Below are positions 24,950-38,000 of a stretch of DNA of 64,000 nt, in pieces (position 1 is the first letter of the stretch; every line of letters begins with the position of its first letter). This DNA is from Takakia lepidozioides. Lineage: Eukaryota; Plantae; Bryophyta. The position numbers and the translations under genes are program-made. The stretch is from positions 45,136,001 through 45,200,000 of the forward strand of contig CM060733.1 in the NCBI GenBank assembly GCA_030704615.1. The letters run 5' to 3'. The notes under the pieces were generated by a model. It worked only from the letters and a program-made list of their open reading frames with translations. It did no database searches and had not been told where the DNA came from.

Positions 24950-25330
24950 CGCCGGCCCACCCCTGACTGCCATGCAGGCCTATAAGAAGCTGACTCCTCC
25001 CAAAAATCCAGGGTGAAGCCCATGGGGTACAACACTGCCCCACCAACCAGGACATCGTATGAGACTGCGTCTGTCACAATGGCCTTGGCTCGCATCACTG
25101 AGCCATCTGTAGGGTGATCCGGCCGTAGTCTGATAGCCAACTCACGCCGTGTCATGCCCCGAGCCTGCTCCGATCCTCCCAGAGACGTCTGTATCTGGAA
25201 AGACAAGGCTCCATATCCGCCTCCGTGAGGCCCAAGCCTGCAATAGCAGCTCTGCCCAGCATCAATGGCTGAGCCCCGAGTCCAACAAGACCCGCAGTGG
25301 CCGGTACCTCTTGCCTGCCGGTCCACTCAA
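24950..25330 (-). pseudogene. Aspartic protease of the Gypsy pol (frameshifted)
   Basis: RVLLDSG(A) active-site motif near 25290 and YDVLVGG near 25050. Confidence 0.8.
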
Positions 25331-26049
25331 ACAGAAAATGCCATCCTGGTTGTCTAACATGACAACTCCAGGTGTCACCATGGCGCGCTCAATGGCTGGC
25401 CTAGCTGGCAGCTCCATCAACCTGGCAGCTGCAGCTTGCCATGGCGCCGCCGTGGCAGTCTTGACCCTCAAATCCGAGGATCCCTCCGGCACTACACCTC
25501 CACTATCTCCGCAGAAGATGAAGTAACCTCCCCACTCTCACAGAGTGTAGCTGCCAGCCTGAACACCTCAGCTGGTTTACCCCCGGCGTCGCAATCATGG
25601 TAGCCGAGAACAATGGAGCCTGGCACACAGATGTGGCCGCTCCTAGCAGCACACTAGCTGTCGTAGCCTTGGCAACACTAGGTAGTGGTGCTACCCGTGT
25701 AGCTCTCCCCAATGGCATAGTAACCTCCGCCTCGGTAACAGTCGGGCGAGAACTAGGTGCCATGGATGGCGTCGACACTGTCTCGCCAATGTGAATGACT
25801 GAGGAAGCCTAGCCTGACGGCTTGCCTCCCCACGCTGTGGATCCAACTCCACCTCTGCACCTCGTGGCTCAGGAACTCGTGCTGCTCCTCGAGTCACGGC
25901 TGCAGCAGACTCCACCTGCACTAGTGGTAGTGCTGCTCCACACATGAATCCCATGCCTCCCATATCTCCTCCCTCAGGAGCAGGAGGTGGACCATCCGGC
26001 CTTAGAGCCGGTACCACCTGAGCTGTAGCCATGGCAGCGAGCCTCTGCT

Positions 26050-27487
26050 CTAGCTGCTGAAGCCGGTTGGCCATGCCTTGGTCAACCCCTGACCTCCGCG
26101 TCCTTGGCCATGTTGAGCTTGCCCTTGGCCTGCACCTCGTGGCTGGCCACCTCGTCCTCTCTGGGCTGCTCCACCTCGCCCCCGGCCACCATTGTTCCCT
26201 TGGAACTGGCCTGGGCGCAACTCAGGATGCAAACCATAACACTGGGCCTCTCCATGCCCGTGCTTGCCACAATGCCCACACTGCAACTGTGCAGGCTGTG
26301 CATGTGCCGGCCCTTTGCCTCCCTCTGGGCAATCCTTCTTGACATGGGGTCCTCCACATGTCCAGCACACCACATCCGCCCGTTGTTGGCCAGCAAATGA
26401 AGGGAGAGACTGAGGTCCTCTCTGCCCTTCCCTGAGCTTCACCTGAGCCCCTTGTTGCCTTGAGCACGTTGAGGTAGTGGTTGGCTAGGAGCACCACTAC
26501 CCCGTGGTGTCTCCTTAGCAAATCCCACCATGACCACTGTTCCTCCACCATGTTGAGCTCTATCCGCTCTGCCAGCAAAAACACATTTGCTAAGGTGGGT
26601 TGGGCCGCTTGTAGGAGAGTTGCATCCCGCACCCTTCTCCTCAGCTCCTTGTCCAATATCCCATACCAGAATTGGACTGCCTGAGCTTCCGTAACCCCTT
26701 GGGTTACATTTATCAAGCGCCTCATGCGAGTGAAAGCCTCCCTCAAGCTCTCGGTCGGCTTCCGTTGGAACTCTTGCAAGCTCCGCAACTTCTCTGTCCT
26801 CACCCCTTGGTAGTTCCCTCTCAACTCTTCGAAGAACTCCACAACAGGGTTGAAGGCAGGCACGGGTGCTAGTGCTGGTGCGGTAGTGGCTTGGGTGGAC
26901 GTCGTAGCTACTGTACCACCAGTCCCACTAGTTCCACTGCTACTTGCTGAAGCTGCCGGTGCAGCGGCAGGTGTAGCCACTGCCCTCGTGGCTCTAGTGC
27001 CCCTAGTGATGGAGACATAGTCGGGTGACCAGTACATCCTCCACTCCTCGATCTCAACCTCATGCCCCCGCCTGAACTCATGGTAATCATCCATAGGCGG
27101 CCCCTCAAGGTGCTGAAACAGCCCTTTCCATGCCATGAACGGCGTAAATAGTTGTGGATTGCGCATTTGCTGCAAATCACACCAACTATCAAACTCTTGG
27201 ATAAAATCATCCAACTCGATGGTGCCCACCGCCCCAGAGTACCTTCGTGGCCCCTTGGTAGCTCCATACATCTCCTCCATTGTGTCCCACAACAATGGCA
27301 AAGAAACAACTTGCACCGCCGGTATGAGTCCTCCTGATTCACAATCCGAATCAGAACCTTCCGTGGAAGACACAGGAGGTGAAGGTGGCCTAAACCGCAC
27401 ACCTCGTCTCGTGTACCCACTAGTATCGCTAGTGCTCGAACCGGCACTGTCCCCAGCAACTAGTGGCACCTCCGTGTTGACACTCAA
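26050..27487 (-). pseudogene. Gag with two CCHC zinc knuckles (frameshift near 26540)
   Basis: Retrotrans_gag-like FQRKPTESLREAFTRM...FWYGILDKELRRRV; knuckles CWTCGGPHVKKDC and CGHCGKHGHGEAQC; RGG-rich tail. Confidence 0.88.
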
Positions 27488-28219
27488 CCGGTCATGAACA
27501 TGTCCCTAACCCCCTCTCCACAAGGTAACCGGGTAGAGAACCTGTTGCGGCTTATGGTTTGGAATACTAAGTTCCTAACATAGCCTACACCTGTACCTGC
27601 ATCCACCGCAAGCACTCCTATGGTTGGCTGGTCATCACCTCCAACCTCACACAGGAGAAACAATGATGGTCTGGCTGGTCATCACCCCAGCCTCACCATC
27701 GACAGCATGCTCTAGGACTGGCCGGTGATCAAATCCGGACCAATCACCTATAAAAACAAGCGCCCACACAAAACTAGCATGGCGCACAGTCAAGCATGCA
27801 GTATGGAGGGGATCCAAACACAAGAAATCAGAACGACAACTCCCCCACACCAAAAACAACTCCACGGTGTTGCTCCTGCAAGGACACCCAGCCCAAACCC
27901 GGACTGACTCTTGCCTCCACCTACGGAAAGGTCTTGGCCTAATGAGAGGGTGGAAACTACGAGGAAGAGAAGCTAAAGCAATGCCTAACCCCAGCATGCC
28001 CTCATCCCAACACTCTTCCTCTCCTCTCTTCCCTCACTTGCATGACCATGGGAATATCATGAAGATACTCCTCAAACCGCCCTCCACGAGCTTCAAAATT
28101 CGGCCTTCCAGACCACATGCCAGTCCTTAGGCAGTCCACCAGTGCCTCCACGAGTCAGCACAGGCCGTCCACAGGTCAACACGGGCCACCACAGACCAGC
28201 ACAGGCCCACACAGCTCAC

Positions 28220-28995
28220 TGGTCACAGCCGTCACAGTCCCACATGCCACTGGGCACAGCCTGTCACAGCCCGTCACAGCCCCAAAGGCCTCAGGCACGG
28301 CCCATCACAGCCCGTCACAGCCCCAAAGGCCTCAGGCACGGCCTGTCACAGCCCCTCACAGCCCATCACAGCCCCAAAGGCCATGGGCATAGCCTGTCAC
28401 AGCCCCTCACAGCCCGTCACAGCCCCACAGGCCACTGGGCACAGCCTGTCACAGCCCTGCACAGCCCGTCACAGCCCCACAGGCCACTGGGCACAGCCTG
28501 TCACAGCCCCGCACAGCCCGTCACAGCCCCACACGCCACCGGGCACAGCCTGTCACAGCCCCACACAGCCCGTCACAGCCCCATAGGCCATTGGGCACAG
28601 CCTGTCACAGCCCCGCACAGCCCGTCACAGCTCGCCACAGCCTGTCACAGCCCGTCACAGCCCCACACGCCACAGGGCACAACCCGCCACAGCCCGTCAC
28701 AGCCCCAAAGGCCTCAGGCACGGCCTGTCACAGCCCCTCACAGCCCGTCACAGCCCCAAAGGCCTCAGGCACGGCCTGTCACAGCCCCTCACAGCCCATC
28801 ACAGCCTCAAAGGCCTCAGGCACGGCCTGTCACAGCCCCTCACAGCCCGTCACAGCCTCAAAGGCCTCAAGCACGGCCTGTCACAGCCCCAAAGGCCATG
28901 GGCACAGCCTGTCACAGCCCCTCACAGCCCGTCACGGCCCCACAGGCCACTGGGCACAGCCTGTCACAGCCTTGCACAGCCCGTCACAGCCCCAT
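28220..28995. repeat. Tandem array of GTCACAGCCC-based 10-mers in higher-order ~46-57-bp units
   Basis: Dozens of (c/g)tcacagcc(c) copies interspersed with aaaggcctcaggcacggc and ggccactgggcac spacers. Confidence 0.95.
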
Positions 28996-29469
28996 CCATG
29001 GCCGCTCTGGCAGTTTAGCCATTTCTCCAAGGGGTTTAGCCACGCCAAGCTAGGGTTTGTGTCTCTTGGACTCTAGGCTTCTTTCCACCGAGCTATGGCG
29101 GCTGTGAGGAAATCAACAAGGTATTCTTGCTCTTTCGGCTCCCACACACCACCATAGTAGCCCTAAGCCATGAGGTGGTTGCAACAAACCAAGTCTTTTT
29201 TCTCACTTAGCCTCCCCAAACACGCCACTAAACTCAATGGCAAACAACCAAGCCCTGCTGGTTCCCAGCCCTTGTGAGCATTCATTCAAGCACTCTCCTT
29301 GGCCATAGCATCTGTCTTAGAGCCTATTCCAGCCCCCTACACCTGCTGCTTCAGAGTTGCGCTCCCTTCAAGCTTGAAGTTGAAACCCCAACTCACATAG
29401 GCCCTACAAGTGCTTTTCTTTCACTCCAAGTGGAAACCAGCCCTAGACCTTCCATTCTAGCTCTCTAAA

Positions 29470-29880
29470 GCTTGAAAACAAGAGCCTCAATGGGCTGAAG
29501 GCATGCTCCACACATGCCCCACTCTCACCATAAGAGAATCAGCTCCTTTGCTTCATTTCTTGCACCCACAAACCCGAAAATACAAGCTTTAGCAGGCTGA
29601 AAGCATGCTCCACATGCCCTACAGGGAAACCAGCCCCTTCCTTCCTTTCTTGCACTCCCACACCTGAAAGTGCAAGCCTTCACCAGGCTGATAGCATGCT
29701 CCACACATGCATTGCCCTCACATAAGGGAAGTCAGCCCTTCCCTCTTCCTTGCTTGCCCTCCAAGCTTGAAGATGGAAGCTTCAATGAGCTGAATACATG
29801 CTCCACACATGCAACCTCTTCACACAAGAGATATCAGCCCCCTATCTTGGCTCCTTGGCTCCTTGATGCTCTCTAAGACA
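29470..29880. repeat. Four degenerate ~100-bp direct repeats
   Basis: gctga..(g/a)catgctccaca at about 29492, 29595, 29686 and 29788. Confidence 0.75.
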
Positions 29881-30399
29881 AGACTAAGCACTCCACAGCC
29901 TTTGCCAAGCTCCTGAAACCCTAAGGCTTACATTTCCAGCCACAAAACACTTCTCTTGTGGTGCAAGAGCTCTTCTTCCAAGCTCTGAAACCCTAGGTGC
30001 ACATTCCATGGCCTTGCCGCACCTCTTAGCTCCTGTTCCAGCCCTGCTCTTGCCATGACAAGAGCCCTCTCAATGCTGAAGCTCGAGATTGAAACCCAAT
30101 CTCACCATACTCCACAAAGTGCACTGATTTGCCCCAAGCCAAATCAGCCCTTTCGCTTGGTCTTGCAATCCTTCATACAATGAAAGCTCGCATTCCCAAG
30201 TCTAGTTCTCAGCTTTGCCACCAAAGCCACTATAACCTGCTCTTGACTGGTCCTCTTCCCAATCGTGCTTGCTCATGCATGTACACAATCTGAAACCATC
30301 AAGGTGCTCTGGAATTACCTGCAGCATGGTGCTTTCATCTCTGAAGCTGAAGATCGAATGCCAAGGTCTACCACCTCGTAACCCACATCGCCTCCGCTT

Positions 30400-30832
30400 C
30401 TAACAACCAAGAGCTCCACGGTGCTCCTTGCATAACAACTTGGTTTCTCTCATTCTAAAGAAAAAACCACAAGTGCTACAACTAACTCGAATCTGGCACT
30501 CACAGATACGAGCTGATCTTTCTCGAGTGATAAAGAAGAAGAATACAAGCACAAGCTCATGCGAGCTCACAAAGCTGAAGCATAAACTCATGCATATATA
30601 ACCTCATCACTCAAATACAAGTCAAGCCAAGTGCACCCCACGCCATGGGGAATCCACACTACGGCGCCATAGCTAGGCGCGGTGAGGCTCAACTCGAGAA
30701 AGATGAGCCTTCCGCGCTTGCCGTGAAGATAACCACTCCAGGGCCTAAATCTGCCTTGACCCCTGGATTGACACTTGGGCCAATCCCAAATGTCAATATA
30801 TAAAAGCTAGCTATTTCCTAGCTAGTTTCACA
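30400..30832 (-). repeat. LTR-like segment homologous (inverted) to about 63590-63950
   Basis: Shared blocks in the same order: aggctcatctt..gagttgagcctc, ggtgcNcttggcttgactt and aagatca..tgtgagtg..ttagtt..gcacttgt. Begins with TGTGA at 30832 on the minus strand. Confidence 0.55.
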
Positions 30833-32061
30833 CTAGTGGTAAAATAACTTGACAGGGATCCTTTGAGCAATCTCTTCCGCATGCAGTTCCTGCAGCAACT
30901 TCCCAAGCCCAAGCCTCTTGCAACGCCTCATCTACTTTACGCTTTTGCTCGCGCTTTTGAGCTGCAGTGGTTACTACTTTTACAGCCTCCTCAGCGGCCT
31001 CCTCCTCGAACTTGACAATCCAATAATCAGAGGAGGTGTCAAGTACGATTTCTTCACGTGTCCATGGTTCTTTGGCATCAAAAGGAGCGTAATTGCAGAT
31101 GTCTTTGCTCAGACGGACTCGCAATTCATGTAAAAATGTAAGCTCAACGGGAGTGATTTCATAAAACAGTGGCTTCAGAGTGGGAGAAAGACGCCATTGT
31201 GCGCAATAGATAGAATCAACACAAGTTTGCACAAATCAAAAACAAAAACGAAGAAACAAGGAGCAAAAGACGCCGCCATTGTGCCTGCTAACGGTTGTAC
31301 CTTATGCACAACACCAACATCTGAAAATGATTAGATCATACATCCATATTGACACTTTCAGTTGCCCCCATCTCCACCAAGATTCCGGGGCCGAGGATAT
31401 ATTCCCCCTTTTTGTCCGGTATTACCAATATGAGGGTTGTAGCGCAATAGGGCAGTGACCCACTTGATAGGATGGAATCTATTACAAAGTTAAACCTCAC
31501 CAACTCACATTCATCCAAGCACTCATGCATCCAGTCACAATAGAGGTACACTCTACACCACTATGATCAAATCCACCACCCCATTCTCTTGAGTGTGTTG
31601 ATTTATATAGTACTCAAGCACATAATCTAATCTAGGCCAAACGGCTGCCTACCATTGGCCAGCCAGATAAGCCACACAACCATGCCACATCACCTAATCT
31701 AATCCTGATATAACTTTTAACAAAAGACAATTCTAACTTAATACAGTCGGCTGTGCCGATGCTTAGTACGTAACGGCTACCCTATCTTCATCCATCCAGA
31801 ACTAACTCATGAAGTACATCGTGCTACACCCACGCGTCATCCGTTATGCTTAACGAACATAACCATCCCGCTTTATCCAACATTGTCATTCATCCATGCC
31901 CAAAAACAAACAGTGGGAATCTAGCCGAGAATCTAGCCTCCACATGCTTCTCCCCTTTTCCCAAAAAAATACAAAAAAAATAAAATAAAAAATTCTATAG
32001 GCCACATGCCTGCTCCAAGTGGCATGTTCACAACACCTAGCTTGGGTATGAAAATCTGGCT

Positions 32062-32358
32062 ACCAACAGTCAGTAGCTCAGTTGGTTAGTGCACTGAGTG
32101 CCACCCCAATGATTCTGGGGTCAAATCTTGCTACTTGACAGGTGTGGTATACTCTTCTCCCCCTTCCCTGGGCGGTGTCCCATTTCTCAGCCTCCATGGC
32201 ACGGTTATTGTGAAAGAGGTTATTTTCTCCTCTCACTATCATGGGGCCTGATGTGAGCTGTTGCCTCTTGGAATACCTTCTCTCATGGACGAGGTAGTAC
32301 AAGAAGCGATCAAAAAGCTCCTTGAGCCTCCCAGGTGTTTCCCCTTAAAAAAAAAAAA
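32062..32358 (+). mobile_element. tRNA-derived SINE, copy 1
   Basis: A box TAGCTCAGTTGG (32074), B-box-like GGGTCAAATCT (32118), poly(A) tail 32347-32358, and TSD aaaatctgg (32051-59 and 32355-63). Second copy at 52222. Confidence 0.85.
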
Positions 32359-32570
32359 TCTGGTTCGGAATATTATGTTCGGGAGGCTGCTTATGTGGTC
32401 GCAGAGAGACCACACAGATTCCTATCCCAATTATGTAAAACCCACTGGAATGGGAATACTTAACTATTCCTTTCAGTCGATAAGTATTGCTGACATCTGC
32501 TAGAGTCCGAGTCGGAGGGGTGTAAAGCGAAGCGGGCGTAAGAACGAGGATCTGGAGGAGGGAGGAAGCT

Positions 32571-34761
32571 ATGGCGGGTGCATTGGCAGTCCAATCCGTA
32601 GGAGCTGTAGGAATTCCAAGCCTTCAGAGACACGGGAGAGACACGCGGAAAGGAGAGAGTGTTGTGGTCAAGCAGTTGTGCTCTGGGGGTCTTCATCTCG
32701 TGGGTGACAGGAAGGCACTGAAGAGTGCTTTCTACAATGCTGGATCCTCCTTGGTCGCCGATGCTTCCGCCCCGTCAAGGATCTCAATGAAAGTTGCATC
32801 CAAAGGCGCTTATGTTTGCAGAGACTGTGGGTGAGCGAATGACCCCTTTCCTGTTTCTCTCCTTTCCTTTTGCCAAGTTTTGCTACAGATGTGTCTGTCA
32901 TCTATGCACTTCGTTGGTTGAACCAACCTTGGTCACATTCGCAATTTTCTCAGGGTTCCATACTGTGAAAATTTTGCAACCAGCCTTATCAGGTGCGAAG
33001 GAATGTCAAGCACTCATTTTGCCTGAAATGTATGCACCACAATCTACAGAATGTGCCTAATACTCAGTGAACAATTGTAGCTGAATTTGCATGGGAAAAT
33101 TGGCTAAAAGTTATATTCTGCTTCAGCTTAATCTCTCTCTCTCTCTCCGCCGATTGAAGGAGGATTATAGTTATCGCAGAGCTCAAATAGCGGAATTCTT
33201 ACGAGGGAACGTACAGCTTTACTTTTCTTGCAGCATTACTTTGTAATTGTGGGCACATATCCTTTAACGTCAGGGTCAAATCCAGTCTACACAATCTTTG
33301 AAAATGGAATCCGTGTTAGAAAGCTTGGCTTAATTCTTCGCACCCACCCCATTTGAGTTTCTGTATCTGTGAGATCCCACATGAGAAGGTAGCTTGAAGA
33401 GATCAATCTGAAGAATGCCAAGCGTACAGAATTAAACAGTATCTGCATCTCAAATGGATCTTCTTTTTGTAAGTTCTTGATGGTGCATCTTACAGGTACA
33501 TATACAATGATCGGAAACCGTTTGAGCAGCTGTCCATTGATTACTCCTGTCCAGGTCTTCTCTCTGTTTCTCTCACATGATCTTGGTATTTAGACACACC
33601 TACCCATGCATGGAAGGGCTGAACTTTGCCTCAACATATTTTGAAGGCTTCAGTGTGGGGGAGTTGGAAAGACACAGGGCTCCCTGGGTTTATATTGCAA
33701 AGTTGAATTTACTTCACTGCTGACTGTGTCCAGAGACATCAGGACCACCCTATAGATTGACGTCATCTCTTACACGACCCATCTGCGAATGGTCAAAAGT
33801 ACCATTGGCAATTGGACACTAAAATGCATTGGTAATTCTTACAAACTCGAAAAGTACCAGCTAGGATCAAGCTCATCTTTGTGATGAATGATGAGTGCTG
33901 GCTGTGATTGGGCTTGTCAAGCAATCACAAAATGTGAACGGTAAGGCTTTTCATGGGGTTCTCAACAGGAGACACAGATAGAGAAAGAAAACTATGATTT
34001 TAACAGAGAGAGGAACTGAGAGGGACATAGGATTTAGGTTTGAAGGGTTTTGATTGTCCCATTTCGTGCTTGGGGTAGTGTGTGCGGCTCCCAAGAGGAG
34101 GTTCAAGCCCTATGATATGCCTGTGGCCAAGAATTCCAACGATTTAGCTGTTCGGAAGGCTCGCAAGGAAGATCTTAAGAAAAGTACTGATTCAGCACTT
34201 GGGTGTGTTGCTTTCTCCTCCATGTCCTTTCTATCACTTGATGATGTATTGCTTTGTCCAATGTGACCAGTAGTAAGTGCCCAGAATTGCAACAATGAGC
34301 TGGATTGTTTGCATTGCTGAATTACACTTGAAATTATCAATATTTAGAGAGCAACAAACCCTTACCCACTTTTCCCTAGATAAATTTCTCCAGGGTAGCT
34401 TCAACTTTATTCATCATCTTGCTGGAGCTCTGAAAGATGCCGGGTACCACTTTTGGGGCCCCGATGCCTTAAAAATCTAACGCATGGAGGCAACGGTATC
34501 TATGTCAAGGACAGCTTGTTATTGAGCAACACGTTACGGATTCTCTCCTACTCATAGATTTGCAGCTGCCATGAACATGCAAAAACTTAGAGATGCATTT
34601 GCAAGAGTGTTTCTTCAAAGAGTAAATGCTTTGGAAATTGGGTGTCTGATCTAATCCATTTGTATTGATTCGGGCGTGTGCACAGCAGTCTTCCTGTGGC
34701 CATTCTGGTTGGGGCTGTTGGCCTGGTTGGAACCTTCCTCTATCTGAACAGCACTCTGTAG
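32571..34761 (+). CDS. Plastid-targeted rubredoxin-like protein (172 aa; resembles Arabidopsis At5g51010)
   Basis: Exons 32571-32830, 33496-33554, 34079-34202 and 34686-34761 splice in frame. Product: transit peptide, YVCRDCGYIYNDRKPF...YSCPVCAAPKRRF, then a C-terminal TM segment LPVAILVGAVGLVGTFLYLN. Confidence 0.92.
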
Positions 34762-35005
34762 CCCGTGACAGCACTGGCACCGACCATTTTGTCTGAGGAT
34801 AGTAATTTCGGGTAAATGCAACTTTCCCTTCAGCTGCATGCAGAATATCGTAGGATCCCACTGATTGCCATCTCCACTCTCCCTCATACTGTCCCACTGT
34901 AGTTGTGTGTGTGTGTGCGTGTGTGTGGTACGATCTCTGGCGTAGACATCCCAATAGTCCTCCATTGCTCACCGGCAACAAGAGCTGGAGAAGGCCCTCC
35001 GGGCT

Positions 35006-38000
35006 TTCTCCACAGTTGGCGACAATCTGTCCTGCCCACATATGGGCACCATAATGCTTCCCTGAGTTTTTGCACATGCAGGAAAATGTCATCATTGGTA
35101 GATTGGTGAGCACAAACCATCGCATGAAACCATAATCTTGTTTCCGATACGTCTTTTAATATACTTCCCGGTGTCAGATTTGTGAGATTAGGCTTATGGG
35201 ACTATTGAAGTTCAAGGAGGGATGTTGCAAACCCAGTGTTGGTTTCATAACTTTGGTGAATCATCAGGTCTCTGTTTTGTGTGAGGTTGCTTCAAATTCT
35301 CTTGCTCACCTCAAAGGTACAACAAAGGCACAACATTCCAACCCACATGGGTGAAATGAATTGAAAGTTGGGGCATAACGGAAGGATTGATTAATACAGC
35401 TGGGGTTTATCATGCAGATTTTACCACCGCGGAGATTGAACTATTGGTTGGTGCAGGGGCGGTGCCTGTTGGTCTTGGCATCTGTTGCAAAACATATGGA
35501 GTAGAAGAAATCCAATAGAAACCCATTATCTTGTAATTTGGACTCACTACTAATTCATCCTTTCCTCGCTCATTGCTTATTACATCTCTCTTCCATCCAG
35601 AGTGGGTGAATTTTCGTGATGACCATTGGCGCTCTCTTGGGTTACTTCGGCTTACATCAGATTGCTTATCATTGGTGCATATTGGGGTATAGTAGGGATG
35701 TGTAGTATTATACTTCATTTACTCCCATAACTGACTCTCTGCAACTAACTTTCACGCAGTACTGTGATATTTAGCCAATGGAAAATGGGAAGAAGAAATA
35801 AACGAAGGACCTTTGTGATCCTATGGATGTGGCACTGCATTGGAAATGCGCATGTTTAGCAGTGATGGGGGCCAAAGATGACGAAGCCACATGACCCAAC
35901 CATTCCGTTTGTACCAGCCAATGGAGGTTCTAGGCCTGGAGTCTTTAGCTGCTACCTACGATTGATGTAGTCATTAACATAACCAGTGCACACCTACTCA
36001 TAATGTCTCTCAAACTTGGAAGACTTTTACTGCAGACTTCTGCAAGAAGGGTTTTGATGCACATGAAGACTTGGACAAGCAACAAATCTATCATTCCCTG
36101 TTGAGATGTTTCTCCATGATCCCAAAAATGCCTGAATCAAAGTGTCACCGCATTCTTCATGGATCTGCATTTTTGTGAGTTACTTGATAGGCAGGATGGA
36201 GACCAAAAAGGTAAGTGTGGAGTGGACACTTCATGCACCGGATTGGAGCTCAAATGTTAAAAGAAACATCTTGATACCATTCATCTATTTTACATTTCGC
36301 CATATCCTTTCAATGTCCTTTCACTAACAGTCAAGAGGGAGAGGGCCCAGATAGGTGTATAACACACTCAGAGAGTTGGCTTTACTGCAATTAGGTGCAC
36401 AAAGAGTGCAACAATGTATACGATAGTTAAATGAGACAGGATGACGCAGATAAGAAGGATTGGCCCCCCATCGTATAAACCTCACCCCTTACCTCAAAGT
36501 CTCGTCAGAGGCGAGAGGGTGTTTTGCTATGACAACTTTGGCCGTGGCAGAAGCTTAATAGTCCCTAGCACAAAGGGCCATCACAGACAAAAGGAACTCT
36601 ATAAAGAGATAAAAGGGCCACAATATGCAGATGTTTTCTCCACATGGTTGGCCCATCCCACCAATTTTGAAGATATGTACAAAATGACCGCAGGTTTTTG
36701 TGTTCTAAGTTCCCAACATGATCAGGAAGAAGACTTTCCTCAACTCTGAAGCTTCACAGCCCACTGAGGACATGTTTTCTAGATAACCTAAAAACTGAGG
36801 TTTTTGATGTAGCCTGAATCTCTTTTAAAGGGGAAGAGCAAGACTACTGCTTCAAGTCAACGGCTATTTTGGCTTCTCCACATCTGGCCCAACGCTGTAA
36901 GCAGGCTTCTCGTCAATGTCAGTCGGAGGAATGATCCGTTTCCAAAACCAGTGTGCGCGCCACACATAGACCATCTCCTCAATTGGCACACCCTTGGTCT
37001 CAGGGAGGAACAAATAAATGAATATGGTCATTATCACAACAAACCCAGAAAAGAAAAGGAAAATCCCATACTTGAAGTGACATAGTATGGTCAGAAAGGC
37101 CTGGGCAATAATAAATGTGAACAAAAGGTTTACAGCCACCGTTATAGCCTGGCCAGCCGACCGTGTCTCCAAGGGGAAAATCTCACTGGGGACCAACCAT
37201 CCTAGAGGACCCCACGACCATGCAAAGGCTGCCACATAGATGCAGATGAGTGCTAACACTGCAGAAGATTCCCCCTTTGTAAGTGTCTTGTTCCCTCCAA
37301 ATTTGAGTGCCAGGATAATTGCAACAATAATCTGCATGCAGGCATAGGCCACGGTTGCTGTTACTTCTCTCGCTTCCTCCTCTCTCTTGCTCAATCTTGG
37401 TTTTCTACTTTGTCCCAATCACTCGAGCAATAGTTTCTATTCTTGGCTCTGGTTTTGTCTCCTCTCTCATGTTTATTCCATTTTGTCCCATAAGCTCTAT
37501 GAGTTTTCTGCGGACGTTATAAAGCACCAATTCATTTCTCTCCCGCCTCGAGTCCCCATCTGCAGACTTTGACAGGAGTTGCTATTTTGACGAGTGCTCC
37601 ACCATTAGCAGTAACACTGCTGGTCACACTTGGCTTGCAAGCTTACAGATGGCCCTGCCAATCCGTCCTATCACTAAATGGCACATCCATCCGTTTCACA
37701 TGGGATGTTCTCGTGACAAATCCAACAATGCCCAAAGCTCTACGCAGTGTGCCATTCTACACTAGCCACTATGAGATTGCAGGACCACCAACTTGAAATG
37801 AAACAGTACGACCAGATTACCCATCAAGAGAAGCTCTTTCAGCTCCCTCAACACTAACCAAAGCCTTCCAGAAACAACTCAGTCCCAAAACAGAAAGCAA
37901 TGTATTAAAAGCTGACCTGACAGATAAACATCTGGACTCCACCCTGCAAAAACAATTTCCTGCGTCCCCACCGATCCACTGTGGCAAGAGAAACAGTAGT

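Larger units (their letters stand above)
19730..30832 (-). mobile_element. Ty3/Gypsy LTR retrotransposon encoding a DNMT3-like methyltransferase and a PHD finger (decayed; 5' boundary uncertain)
   Basis: Domain order gag-ZnK-PR-DNMT-RT-RH-IN-PHD over 27487-20196. PPT AGGGGGGCGAT is followed by TGTGTGG at 19935. Several stops and frameshifts. Confidence 0.92.

Noticed and set aside
28117-29076. ORFs of 91-303 aa (HSPSQP/VTAP repeats)
   Set aside because: Produced by a stop-poor tandem array that is open in several frames; no evidence of coding.
30828-31232. 134-aa ORF as a host gene
   Set aside because: No recognisable domain, a non-ATG start, and it is truncated by LTR-like DNA; more likely a TE fragment.
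32070-32140. tRNA gene
   Set aside because: The tRNA-like head is followed by a shared body, tail and TSD and has no convincing cloverleaf, so it was called a SINE.
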